A DNA stretch of 64,000 nt from the NCBI GenBank assembly GCA_963834845.1, contig CAWICY010000004.1, positions 443,954 to 507,953 on the forward strand, read 5' to 3'. The position numbers and the translations under genes were made by a program. Below the pieces are notes generated by a model. That model worked only from the letters and a program-made list of their open reading frames with translations. It was not told the DNA's origin and ran no database searches. Shown here piece after piece: positions 1 through 8,781 of the stretch (position 1 is the stretch's first letter; the number at the start of each line of letters is the position of its first letter). This DNA comes from an uncultured Pseudomonadota bacterium (GTDB lineage Bacteria; Pseudomonadota; Gammaproteobacteria; Burkholderiales; SG8-39).

Positions 1-417
1 CTTGCGCACGTTGCGCATCGCGGCGCCCGGCATCTCGAAGAACATGGTGCCGAAGCGCGCGAAGGCATGGTCGTAGGGTCCGCGCAGATCGCCCCACTGC
101 GCGTCGCCGACGAAGAAGCGCGCATTCGGGACGCCTTCCCTGCGCGCCTCCGCCTCGGCCGCGCGGATGAAGTTCTCGGCACAATCTACGCCGACCGCCT
201 CGCCGGTCGGGCCGACGCACTTGGCGATGCGCAGCGTGCTGTCGCCGAAGCCGCAGCCGACGTCGAGCACGCGCGCGCCTTCCGGGTGGCGGCAGCGCTC
301 GAACGCGGCTTCGCTGTGCTGCGACAGCCCATCCACCAGCAGATGCTTGAAGCGGCAGAACTTCTCGTACAGGACGGTATTCCAGGCTTCGACGATGACG
401 CGGTTAGCGTCGTCCAT
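1..417 (-). CDS. class I SAM-dependent methyltransferase (partial; C-terminal part lies beyond window start)
   Basis: Absent from the ORF track because it is open at the edge. Reverse translation from ATG at 417 reads MDDANRVIVEAWNTVLYEKF...ARVLDVGCGFGDSTLRIA, which contains SAM-binding motif I (VLDVGCGxG). Confidence 0.8.
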   Translation of the reverse strand, partial: MDDANRVIVEAWNTVLYEKFCRFKHLLVDGLSQHSEAAFERCRHPEGARVLDVGCGFGDSTLRIAKCVGPTGEAVGVDCAENFIRAAEAEARREGVPNARFFVGDAQWGDLRGPYDHAFARFGTMFFEMPGAAMRNVRK

Positions 418-469
418 GAACCGCCTCCGGGGCCCAAGCGAATGGCGAAAGTCTAAACCGCCCATCGAG

Positions 470-488
470 AAAAAACAGGGTCTGTCCC
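470..488. repeat. copy of 18-nt motif GGGACAGACCCyrTTTTT (reverse orientation), overlapping the patatin stop codon
   Basis: The + strand reads aaaaaacagggtctgtccc. The same motif occurs at 12886-12903, 12913-12930 and 31102-31119. Confidence 0.6.
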
Positions 489-1921
489 TACTTATCGTTG
501 AGCGATCGAAGGAGCTTCCTGAATTCCGGATCCTCGGCGAGCAGCCGGCGGCCGACGGCGCGGAGCCGGTCGACGGTGTCGCGCGGCAGCTGGAAGGTGG
601 TCGGCAGGTTGCGGAACCAGGCGCGCTCCTCCGGGTCCTGGAGGTACTCGAACGCGACCTGCACCGCGTAGAGCTCGACCGGGTGCGGCGCGGGGATATC
701 GAGCGCGCACTGCGCGCCCTTCCTCGCGGCGAGCTTCTTGCAGCCGGAGATGAGGCGTGCCTCCTCGTTGAACTCGTTCACCTTGGCGCCGAGCAGCTCG
801 ACGGTGTCGAAGGAGTAGTTGTCGAGCGGCACGGTGGCGGCGGCGGTGAGCGTGTCGACCAGGCCGGGCACCGACGGCTTCTGGTCGCGGCCGATCGCCG
901 GGCTGGTGGCGGCGTTCACCACGATCACCACCAGCTTGTCGATGTTCCGGTTGTTCATCATCTGCAGCACGCTCCACGGGTGGTTGGTGGAGCTGATCGC
1001 GTCGAGCGGCCCGCGCAGGCCGATGTTGTCGGCGACGCCGCCGTCGGTGAGGTGGATGTAGGGGCGCCGCCCCGCCCCGCCCTCGGCGAGCGACAGGCGG
1101 TTCTCGGCGCGCGCGGTGCGGCGCGGATTGACGCGCGAAGCATGGTCCTCGGCGGCAAGCTTCACCCACGGCGGCTGCTGGTATCCGCAAGTGCCGGCGT
1201 AGTTCTGGAATGTGAGCGGCGTCAGCCCGCCGGGAAACGCCGACGACGCGGCCGCGGCGCGCGCGAGCGCCACGCCCGCGAGGTCCGAGCACAGCAGGTC
1301 GAACTGGTCCTGGATGAACGGGAACTGCGTCCCGGTGGTCATGTCGGTCGCGTTCAGGATCACGAACGGCCGCCGGTGGCGGGCGATGAGGTCGGCGTAG
1401 CGGCCGCCGCCGAACACCTCGCGGTCGTAGAAATCCGCCGCCAGGTCGCTGCGCCCGTAGCCCGCGCCAGCGAGGTGCCACAGGTTGGCGGGTGAAATCA
1501 GCAGCTTCACCAGCTCGCTCTGGATCGGCCGATAGAGGAACTTGGTGGGAAATTCGTCGAAGATGCGCCGCCCGTAGAGTGCGTAATAGGCGGCGGGGAA
1601 GCTGCCGCCGGAGATCGACGAGATCACGTCGACCTCGTCGAGCAGCGATTCCTTCCCGCCCTGCCATGCGATGGTCGTGTCGCGCAGCGCCTCGAGCACG
1701 CCGTAGGCGAGCGCCGCGGCGCGCGTGCCGCCGCCCGAGAAGGTGACGATGACGAACAGCCGGTCGCTGTTGCCCGGGTGCTCGAGGTTCTCGAAGCGGT
1801 AGCCCGCCTGCGCGTCGTAGCGCTCGAGCGGCGGATTGCCCGGTGAGAACGACCCGCAGGCGGCAACGATCAGCGCGAGCGCTGCGAGCGCCAGGCGCGC
1901 GGCGCGGCCGAGCGCCGCCAT
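488..1921 (-). CDS. patatin-like phospholipase, predicted lipoprotein
   Basis: Last 477 codons of track ORF 488..2596. Starts MAALGRAARLALAALALIVAAC (signal peptide plus lipobox VAAC). Patatin motifs FSGGGTRAA, SISGGS and HLTDGGVADN are present. Its ATG shares one base with the upstream stop (TGATG). The upstream 225 codons of the track ORF are R/A-rich junk. Confidence 0.85.
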   Translation of the reverse strand: MAALGRAARLALAALALIVAACGSFSPGNPPLERYDAQAGYRFENLEHPGNSDRLFVIVTFSGGGTRAAALAYGVLEALRDTTIAWQGGKESLLDEVDVISSISGGSFPAAYYALYGRRIFDEFPTKFLYRPIQSELVKLLISPANLWHLAGAGYGRSDLAADFYDREVFGGGRYADLIARHRRPFVILNATDMTTGTQFPFIQDQFDLLCSDLAGVALARAAAASSAFPGGLTPLTFQNYAGTCGYQQPPWVKLAAEDHASRVNPRRTARAENRLSLAEGGAGRRPYIHLTDGGVADNIGLRGPLDAISSTNHPWSVLQMMNNRNIDKLVVIVVNAATSPAIGRDQKPSVPGLVDTLTAAATVPLDNYSFDTVELLGAKVNEFNEEARLISGCKKLAARKGAQCALDIPAPHPVELYAVQVAFEYLQDPEERAWFRNLPTTFQLPRDTVDRLRAVGRRLLAEDPEFRKLLRSLNDK

Positions 1922-2142
1922 CAGGCGTCGTCCTTGCGCCGGAAGACGACTTCCAGCGGCTCGAGCAGCGTCGTGTCCCTTACCATCGCGCGGCGAAACG
2001 AGGGCTCGAAGTTCGCCAGGTTGCCGAGCTCGAACACGTGGGTGCCGGCGTCGACGCGCAGCACCTCGTTGGTGTAGCCGTTCTGCTCGCCGTCGATGTA
2101 GACCATGCGGCGCGTCGGATAGGTCACCATCACGTATTCCAT
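1921..2142 (-). CDS. small cytoplasmic hypothetical protein (73 aa), PEGA-like beta-strand motif
   Basis: Track ORF 1921..2142. GGAGG lies 7 nt upstream of the ATG. Composition is protein-like. VYIDGEQNGYTNEVLRVDAGTHVFEL resembles a PEGA-type domain. Its stop overlaps the patatin start. Confidence 0.6.
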   Translation of the reverse strand: MEYVMVTYPTRRMVYIDGEQNGYTNEVLRVDAGTHVFELGNLANFEPSFRRAMVRDTTLLEPLEVVFRRKDDA

Positions 2143-2163
2143 ATGACGCCTCCTGATGTGTCG

Positions 2164-2664
2164 CTAGGGCAATGCCCAGGGCGCCGGCTTCAGGCGCCCG
2201 TCGAGGTACAGCGGGTGGGCCGGCTGCCCGCCGGCGTTCACTTTGAGTGCGTGCAGCGGCTTGCCCGCCGCGCGCAGCAGCTCGAGCACGCGCGCGGCGC
2301 GCTCGAGGTGCAGCGCGTGGTTGCCCCAGGCGCACACCACCAGCGCGGCCTCGCGCGCCGCCGCGACGATGGCGCGGTCGTTGTCGCGGCCGACGGGATC
2401 GGCCGCGGCCTTCATGGCGCGCGGGTCGGTCGCGCGCCAGGCGAACACGTTGGTGACGATCAGCGCACCGTAGCCCCAGCGCATCGCGTAGCCCTGCGCG
2501 CGCGCGCAGGTCGGATCGAGGTCGATTTCGTCGGCGGTGCTCGGGTTGAGCATGACGAAATTCACCGTCGGTCGCGCCTCGTCCCAGCGCCGCCACAGCG
2601 TGTAGCGCCAGCGGCGGCAGGCCGAGAAGCCGGCGCCCGAGGCGCTCGCGACGATCGTGGCCAT
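2164..2664 (-). CDS. DUF1643 domain-containing protein
   Basis: C-terminal 166 codons of track ORF 2164..2877. Reads MATIVAS...CRRWRYTLWRRW...VNFVMLNPSTADEIDLDPT...NVFAWRATDP...CAWG...QPAHPLYL, the typical DUF1643 pattern. Its ATG overlaps the PIN stop (TGATG). Confidence 0.8.
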   Translation of the reverse strand: MATIVASASGAGFSACRRWRYTLWRRWDEARPTVNFVMLNPSTADEIDLDPTCARAQGYAMRWGYGALIVTNVFAWRATDPRAMKAAADPVGRDNDRAIVAAAREAALVVCAWGNHALHLERAARVLELLRAAGKPLHALKVNAGGQPAHPLYLDGRLKPAPWALP

Positions 2665-3083
2665 CAGCCGAGCGCCTCGCCCGCCTGGCGCGGCGTCACG
2701 ATGCGGAACGGCGCGTGGCGCGAGAGCATCAGCAGCGCCCGGTCCTTGGTGACCAGCAGATCCGCACGGCAGTCGCGCGCCAGCTCGAGGAACTTCTGGT
2801 CGTCCGCGTCGCGGCACGGCGGCAGCACGCATTCGAGCGGCGCGGCGTCGCCGTGCGGGCGCGCCACGCTCCGGCACTCGGCCAGGCAGGCAGCCTGCGC
2901 CGCCGCGTCGAGCTGCGTCCTTCCCAGCGGATAGGCGAGCACGCGCGCCAGCTCCGTTTCGCAGGCCGAGTCGATGTACACGCTGGCGCGGCCCTCCCCC
3001 ACTGCGGCACGGATCGGTGCCACGCAGGCGTCGCGAAACACCAGCCAGTCGAGCCAGATGTTGGTGTCGAGGACCAGACGCAT
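2664..3083 (-). CDS. PIN domain nuclease (toxin-type, PIN_3/TIGR00305-like)
   Basis: Last 139 codons of track ORF 2664..4280. Reads MRLVLDTNIWLDWLV...DADDQKFLELA...ADLLVTKDRALL, with the acidic PIN residues in DTN, DADD and TKD. No small ORF lies upstream. Confidence 0.8.
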   Translation of the reverse strand: MRLVLDTNIWLDWLVFRDACVAPIRAAVGEGRASVYIDSACETELARVLAYPLGRTQLDAAAQAACLAECRSVARPHGDAAPLECVLPPCRDADDQKFLELARDCRADLLVTKDRALLMLSRHAPFRIVTPRQAGEALG

Positions 3084-3086
3084 TGG

Positions 3087-3125
3087 CGCAACATTACTCC
3101 AGGCTCCGGTATGCTTCGCAACATT
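3087..3125. promoter_or_regulatory. two direct copies of CGCAACATT exactly 30 bp apart, in the divergent PIN / aldolase promoter
   Basis: CGCAACATT at 3087-3095 and again at 3117-3125. The 63-bp intergenic region lies between ATG 3083 (-) and ATG 3147 (+). Confidence 0.3.
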
Positions 3126-3146
3126 TTCGGGGTCAAGGAGGAGCAT

Positions 3147-3935
3147 ATGCCAGCCGTCGTCAATCACGCCAAGCGCCAGCTCGCCGCGGGCAAGCTCGCC
3201 ATCGGCATGGGCCTGCGCCAGGCGCGCACCGTGGACATCGCGCAGATCGCCAGGACCTGCGGCTTCGACTGGATCTTCATCGACTGCGAGCACAGCTCGA
3301 TGGATACCGACATCGCCTCGCAGATCGCGGCGGCCTCGCTCGCCGTCGGCGTGACGCCGGTGGTGCGCGTACCGGGCTACGAGCACTACCACGCGAGCCG
3401 CATGCTCGACAACGGCGCTCAAGGGATCGTGTTCCCGCACGTCGACACGCCCGAGCAGGCACGCCGCGTCGCCGACCATTGCCGCTTCCCGCCGGTGGGG
3501 CGCCGCTCGATGGGCGGCGGGCTGCAGCAGACCGGCTTCGCGCCGATGCCGATCGACGAGACGGCGCGCGTGGTGAACGAGGAAACGCTGGTGGTGGTGA
3601 TGATCGAGTCGCCGCAGGGCGTCGCGAACTGCGACGCGATCGCGGCGACGCCGGGCGTCGACGCGCTCTTGATCGGCACCAACGACTTGTGCTTCGAGAT
3701 GGGCATCCCGGGCAAGTTCGACGACCCGCGCGTGGCCGACGCCTACCAGAAGATGATCGCCGCCTGCCGCAAGCACGGCAAGTTCCCCGGCATGGGCGGC
3801 ATGTACACGCCCGAGCTGCTCGAGCGCCACATCGCCATGGGCGTGCAGCTGATCCTCGCGGGGTCGGACTTCTCGCTGCTGATGCAGGCGGGCAGCGCGC
3901 GCGCGAAGCTGGTGCGCGGCTTCGAGAAGAAGTAG
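3147..3935 (+). CDS. HpcH/HpaI family aldolase (2,4-dihydroxyhept-2-enedioate aldolase-like)
   Basis: In frame with track ORF 2715..3935. AGGAGGAG precedes the ATG. Reads MPAVVNHAKRQLAAGKLAIGMGLRQ...DWIFIDCEHS...VVRVP...LLIGTNDL. Confidence 0.85.
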   Translation: MPAVVNHAKRQLAAGKLAIGMGLRQARTVDIAQIARTCGFDWIFIDCEHSSMDTDIASQIAAASLAVGVTPVVRVPGYEHYHASRMLDNGAQGIVFPHVDTPEQARRVADHCRFPPVGRRSMGGGLQQTGFAPMPIDETARVVNEETLVVVMIESPQGVANCDAIAATPGVDALLIGTNDLCFEMGIPGKFDDPRVADAYQKMIAACRKHGKFPGMGGMYTPELLERHIAMGVQLILAGSDFSLLMQAGSARAKLVRGFEKK

Positions 3936-3940
3936 CGGCG

Positions 3941-6484
3941 CTAGCCCCCGGCCGCCGGCAGGCCCGCGCCGAGCCGGCGGTAGAAGGCGCGCTTGAGCAG
4001 CTCGGTCATCAACACGTAGGCCGCCGTGATGCCGAGCACTGCGGCCAGCACCATCGCCGGCAGCGGCTCGAAGTCGAACACCGTCGCGTAGGGCAGGTAG
4101 GGCAGCGCGAGCGCGAGCAGCGCGGTGCCGAGCGTCGTCCAGCCGAGCAGCGCGCCGGGCGCGCTGCGGTAGAACGGAGCCGTGGTGCGGATCACCAGCA
4201 GCACCACCAGCTCGCTCAGCAGCGACTCGACGAACCAGCCGGTGCGGAACAGGTCCGGCGCGCCGGCCACCAGCCGCCACAGCACGGCGAAGGTGACGAA
4301 GTCGAAGAAGGTGCTGACCAGTCCGAACAGGACCATGAAGCGGCGGATCGACGCGATGCTCCAGTGATAGGGCTTGCGCAGCCAGGCGGGGTCGACGTTG
4401 TCGCCAGCGATGAATACCGAGGGCACGTCCGACAGGAAGTTATTGAGCAGGATCTGGCTGGCGAGCAGCGGCAGGAACGGCAGGAACAACGAGGCCGCGG
4501 CCATCGACAGCATATTGCCGAAGTTGGCGCTGGTCGTGGCGAAGACGTACTTGATGGTGTTGGCGAAGGTCCTGCGCCCTTGCAGCACGCCGTCGTGCAG
4601 CACCGCGAGGTTGTGCTTGAGCAGCACGATGTCGGCGCTCTCCTTGGCGACGTCGGCGGCGCGATCCACCGAAATGCCGACGTCGGCCGCGTGCAGCGCC
4701 GGAGCGTCGTTGATGCCGTCGCCGAGGTAGCCGACCACGCGGCCGGTGCGGCGCAGCGCCGTGATGATGCGCTCCTTCTGGTTTGGGTCGACCTCGGCGA
4801 ACACGTGCGTCTGCCCGGCGGCGTTCCACAGCGCCTCGTCGGGCATCGCGTCGAGCTCGCCGCCGGTGAGCAGCGCGGCGCCTTTCAGCCCGACCGCGTC
4901 GGCCACGTGCGCGGCGATGTGGCGGTTGTCGCCGGTGATGATCTTCACCGCCACGCCCAGGCGCGCGAACTTCGCCAGCACCCGGTGCGCCTGCGCGTCT
5001 GGCGGATCGAGGCAGAGCAGGAACCCCGCGAGCCGAAGTTCGCGCTCGTCCTCGCGCCGGTATGCCGCCTGGCGCGGCATGTCGCGCACCGCGACCGCGA
5101 TCACGCGGTAGCCCTGCGCGCTCCAGTCGCGAAAGCGCGCCTCGATCGCCGCGCGGCTCTCAGCGAGGCCCGAGCACACCTCGAGCACCTGCTCGACCGC
5201 GCCCTTGGTGATCAGGCGCGGCGTGCCGCCCGCGGACGGATCCTCGACCACTACGCTCAGGCGCTTGCGCATGAAGTCGTACGGGATCTCGTCGAGCTTC
5301 TTCACGGCACCCGCGTCGAGCCCCGCCTCGCGCGCCGCTGCCACGATCGCCTCGTCGAGCGGGTTGGCGAGGCCGGTCTGGAACGCGGCGTTGAGATACG
5401 CGTCGCGCAGCACTGCCGGACTCGCCGCGCCGACAGCGTCGCAGGCGCGCTCGACGCGCACCACACCCTCGGTGAGGGTACCGGTCTTGTCGGTGCACAG
5501 CACGTCCATGCTGCCCAGGTTCTCGATCGCGTTCAGGCGCCGCACGATCACCCCGCGCCGCGCCATGGCGCGCGCGCCGCGCGCCAGCGTCACCGTGAGG
5601 ATCGCCGGCAGCAACTCGGGCGAGATGCCGACCGCGAGCGCGATCGCGAACAGCAGCGACTCGAGCATCGGGCGGTGGAAGAAGACGTGCACCGCGAACA
5701 CCGCGACCACCATCGCCGCCGCGACGCGCGCGAGCAGGTAGCCGAACTGGCGCAGCCCGCGCTCGAAGTCGCTCTCCGGGATCCGGCGCTGCAGGTGCTC
5801 GGCGATGGCGCCGATCTCGGTCGCGCGCCCGGTGCGCACGATCAGCGCGCGTGCGGTGCCGCTCCTCACCGAGGTGCCCATGAACACGCAGTTGCCGCGC
5901 CCGGCCAGGCCCGCCGCGGCGGCGCTCTCCCCGGGCTGCTTTTCCACCGGCAGGCTCTCGCCGGTGAGCAGCGCCTGGTTGACGAAGAAGTCCTTCGCCT
6001 CGAGCAGCACGCCGTCGCCCGGCACCAGGCTGCCCGCGGCGAGCAGCACCACGTCGCCCGGCACCAGCGTCGCCGCCGGCACCAGCCGCGCAGCGCCCTC
6101 GCGCAGGCAGTTCGTCCTCAGCGCGATGCGCGCGCGCAGCCGACGCACCGCGACCGAGGCGCGGTATTCCTGCAGCGAGCCGAGGCCCGCGCTGCCCAGC
6201 ACGATCGCGAGGATGATCGACGCCTCGAGCCAGTCGCGCACCACGAGCGATACGCCCGCCGCGAACACCAGGATCAGCACGAGCGGGCTGCGGAACTGGC
6301 CCGCCAGCACGCGCAACGCGCTGAGCGCGCGCTCCTCGCGCAGCAGGTTCGCGCCGTGGTGCTCGAGGCGCGCGGCGGCCTCGGCGTCGGCGAGGCCCGC
6401 CGGTCCCGAGCCCAGGCGCGCGAGCAGCTCGGTTGCCGGCAGCTGCCAGTACTGCTCGATCTCGGGCGGTTCCTCTTGGCGCAT
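3941..6484 (-). CDS. mgtA: magnesium-translocating P-type ATPase
   Basis: 847 aa. Motifs LTGESLPVEK, CTDKTGTLTEG and LGDGINDAPAL, plus an MgtA-type C-terminal membrane region (LLASQILLNNFLSDV). Confidence 0.9.
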   Translation of the reverse strand: MRQEEPPEIEQYWQLPATELLARLGSGPAGLADAEAAARLEHHGANLLREERALSALRVLAGQFRSPLVLILVFAAGVSLVVRDWLEASIILAIVLGSAGLGSLQEYRASVAVRRLRARIALRTNCLREGAARLVPAATLVPGDVVLLAAGSLVPGDGVLLEAKDFFVNQALLTGESLPVEKQPGESAAAAGLAGRGNCVFMGTSVRSGTARALIVRTGRATEIGAIAEHLQRRIPESDFERGLRQFGYLLARVAAAMVVAVFAVHVFFHRPMLESLLFAIALAVGISPELLPAILTVTLARGARAMARRGVIVRRLNAIENLGSMDVLCTDKTGTLTEGVVRVERACDAVGAASPAVLRDAYLNAAFQTGLANPLDEAIVAAAREAGLDAGAVKKLDEIPYDFMRKRLSVVVEDPSAGGTPRLITKGAVEQVLEVCSGLAESRAAIEARFRDWSAQGYRVIAVAVRDMPRQAAYRREDERELRLAGFLLCLDPPDAQAHRVLAKFARLGVAVKIITGDNRHIAAHVADAVGLKGAALLTGGELDAMPDEALWNAAGQTHVFAEVDPNQKERIITALRRTGRVVGYLGDGINDAPALHAADVGISVDRAADVAKESADIVLLKHNLAVLHDGVLQGRRTFANTIKYVFATTSANFGNMLSMAAASLFLPFLPLLASQILLNNFLSDVPSVFIAGDNVDPAWLRKPYHWSIASIRRFMVLFGLVSTFFDFVTFAVLWRLVAGAPDLFRTGWFVESLLSELVVLLVIRTTAPFYRSAPGALLGWTTLGTALLALALPYLPYATVFDFEPLPAMVLAAVLGITAAYVLMTELLKRAFYRRLGAGLPAAGG

Positions 6485-6573
6485 CGCCGCTACTGTATAG
6501 GCAGAAACAATTCCGCAACATCGCGTGCGCCGGCTGAAATCCGCGCGATACGGGCGCTTCCTAGCATGCCGGC

Positions 6574-7812
6574 ATGGAAACGAACCTCAGATCGAAAAGC
6601 ACGGGCGCCATCGCCCTCACCGCCGCCGCCGTCGCGCTGCTCGCCATCACCATGGGTTCGCGTTCGGTGTTCGGCCTGTTCCTGTCGCCGCTCAACTCGG
6701 CCACCGGCCTGGGCATTGCCACCATCAGCTTTGCGGTCGCGGTGAGCCAGCTCACCTGGGGCGCGGCGCAACCGTTCTGCGGCATGCTCACCGAGCGCTA
6801 CGGCCCGGCGCGCGTGATCGCCGCCGGCAGCCTGCTCGCCGCGGCGACCGGCGCGTTCCTGCCGTTCGCCCACACTTCCGGCGCGCTGATTGCGGTGCTC
6901 GCCATCGGCGGCATTGCCGCCACGGTCGGCAGCCCGTCGCTGCTGGTCGGCACCGTGAGCCAGCGCGTCGCGCCCGAGCGCCGCGGTATGGTCGCGGGCA
7001 TCGTCGGCGCCGGCGGGCCCCTCGGGCAACTCGTGGTCGCGCCCGCCACGCAGGCGGTGATCTCGCTCGCCGGCTGGATGAGCGCGGCGTTCGCGCTCGC
7101 CGCGCTGTCGCTCGCCGCGCTGCCGCTGGCGCTTGCCTTTCGCCGCCCGGCCGGCGCCGCCGCGCGGAGCGCGGCCGCGGTGCAGCCGGCCGCCACGCTG
7201 CGCGAGTCGCTCGCCAATCCGCATTACTGGCTGATCAACGCCACCTTCTTCGTCTGCGGCCTGCACGTGTTCTTCCTGGTCACGCATCTGCCCGGCGTGA
7301 TCGAGCTGTGCGGACTGCCCTCGAGCGTCGCGGGCCTGTCGCTCGCGGCGCTCGGCCTGTTCAACATCGCCGGCAGCATCGGCGCCGGGTTCGTCATTCA
7401 GCGCTATTCGATGAAGCGCACGCTGTCGGCGCTGTTCGCCGCGCGCGGCATCGGCATCGCCCTGTTCCTCGCCGCGCCCAAGACCGGGCTCACGGTGCTC
7501 GCGTTCTCGGTGTGGATGGGGCTCACCTACATGGCCGTGCTGCCGCCCACCGCGGGCCTGATCGGCAGGCTGTGCGGCGCGCAGCGCCTGGCGACGCTGC
7601 TCGGCGTCACCTTCGTGGTGCACCAGGTGGGTGCCTTTCTCGGCTCGTGGCTCGGCGGCGTAGTGCTCGAGGCGACCGGCAGCTACGACTGGATGTGGAT
7701 GCTCGACCTGACGCTCGCCGGCCTTGCAACCGCTGTCAGCCTGACCATCCGCGAGCACCAGGCCCCCATCCCGCAGGCGGCCGCGCGGCCGCGGCTCGCT
7801 GTTCAAGCCTGA
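6574..7812 (+). CDS. MFS transporter
   Basis: 412 aa, about 12 hydrophobic segments, and an MFS-type loop GMLTERYGPARV. Confidence 0.8.
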   Translation: METNLRSKSTGAIALTAAAVALLAITMGSRSVFGLFLSPLNSATGLGIATISFAVAVSQLTWGAAQPFCGMLTERYGPARVIAAGSLLAAATGAFLPFAHTSGALIAVLAIGGIAATVGSPSLLVGTVSQRVAPERRGMVAGIVGAGGPLGQLVVAPATQAVISLAGWMSAAFALAALSLAALPLALAFRRPAGAAARSAAAVQPAATLRESLANPHYWLINATFFVCGLHVFFLVTHLPGVIELCGLPSSVAGLSLAALGLFNIAGSIGAGFVIQRYSMKRTLSALFAARGIGIALFLAAPKTGLTVLAFSVWMGLTYMAVLPPTAGLIGRLCGAQRLATLLGVTFVVHQVGAFLGSWLGGVVLEATGSYDWMWMLDLTLAGLATAVSLTIREHQAPIPQAAARPRLAVQA

Positions 7813-7865
7813 GCACCCTGTGTATGCTCCCCGCTCCGTCGTTTGTTTACTTGGAGGAGGGGACA

Positions 7866-8708
7866 ATGCTGCGGACGATACGACGCGCCCTCTGGGCGCT
7901 GCTGCTGGCGGCGGTGGTGGTGAGCCCGGTCGCGCTGGCGGGCAAGGGTGAAACCAAGCTTCACTGGTACGGTCAGGCAGCCTGGAAGATCGAGACGCCC
8001 TCGGGCGGCGTGATCCTGATCGACCCCTGGCTCACGGTGCCGACCAACCCGGACAAGAACTCCGTCGCCGAGCTGGGCCGCGTGGACTACATCCTGGTCA
8101 CGCACGGGCACCGAGACCACGTCGGCGACGCGGTCGAGATCGCCAAGAAGACCGGCGCGGTGCTGGTGGCGCCCTACGGGCTGCAGTTCAATATGAAGTC
8201 GATGCTCGGCTACCCCGAGAAGCAGGCCACGGCGGCGACCGGCGGTAACGTCGGCGGCACCATCGACCTGCCCAAGGCCGGCGCCAGCGTCACCATCGTC
8301 AACGCGGTGCACGGCTCGGAGTTGACCCCGCCCAGCATCCCGGCGCCCGCGCCGGGGCAGCCCGGCGCGGTCGCGAGCGGCAACCCGGTGGGCTACGTGC
8401 TGCACATCAACGGCGGCCCGACCATCTATCACACCGGCGACACCGACGTGTTCGAAGACATGAAGCTGATCCCGATGTTCCAGCACATCGACCTGATGCT
8501 GGCGTGCATCGGCGGACACTTCACCATGGACCCGGCGCGCGCGGCGCTCGCGGTGCAGTGGATCGAGCCGGCACACGTGATCCCGATGCACTTCGGCACC
8601 TACCCGCTGCTCGCGGGCACGCCGGAGCAGTTCCGCGCCGCGCTCGCCAAGCACAATCTCGAGGGCAAGCTGATCGTCTTGAAGCCGGGCGAAGACCGCG
8701 CGTTTTGA
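7866..8708 (+). CDS. secreted MBL-fold metal-dependent hydrolase (UPF0173-like)
   Basis: In frame with track ORF 6525..8708. GGAGGAGG precedes the ATG. Signal peptide MLRTIRRALWALLLAAVVVSPVALA. Motifs THGHRDH and HTGDTD. Confidence 0.8.
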   Translation: MLRTIRRALWALLLAAVVVSPVALAGKGETKLHWYGQAAWKIETPSGGVILIDPWLTVPTNPDKNSVAELGRVDYILVTHGHRDHVGDAVEIAKKTGAVLVAPYGLQFNMKSMLGYPEKQATAATGGNVGGTIDLPKAGASVTIVNAVHGSELTPPSIPAPAPGQPGAVASGNPVGYVLHINGGPTIYHTGDTDVFEDMKLIPMFQHIDLMLACIGGHFTMDPARAALAVQWIEPAHVIPMHFGTYPLLAGTPEQFRAALAKHNLEGKLIVLKPGEDRAF

Positions 8709-8781
8709 CCATCGAGATTCGGCCGGCGGCGACCGGCCGCTGATGACGCGGCCGGTGCAGGGCTGAGCGCGCCCGGGGGCG

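Noticed and set aside
167-2596. Overlapping long ORFs 167..1495 (+), 492..1667 (-), 1843..2934 (+) and the 225-codon N-terminal extension of 488..2596
   Set aside because: They are Arg/Ala-rich low-complexity translations that overlap the patatin, 73-aa and DUF1643 genes out of frame. The real patatin start is fixed by its lipoprotein signal and its stop/start overlap.
6514-6521. Third occurrence of CGCAACAT (compare the 3087/3117 repeats) in the mgtA / MFS divergent promoter
   Set aside because: A single 8-mer match is expected roughly once by chance in 128 kb of two-strand sequence at this composition. Only the exactly 30-bp-spaced pair at 3087-3125 is retained.
3017-6745. 1242-aa + strand ORF, the longest in the track
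   Set aside because: It is antisense to the well-supported mgtA gene. It is dominated by R/A/G/P/H with no motifs. It is a typical stop-free antisense frame of a 70% GC gene.
8720-8739. Short hairpin CGGCCGG-cggcga-CCGGCCG between the convergent MBL hydrolase and hypothetical genes
   Set aside because: The 7-bp stem has no U-tract on either strand. Such GC hairpins are frequent by chance in 70% GC DNA.
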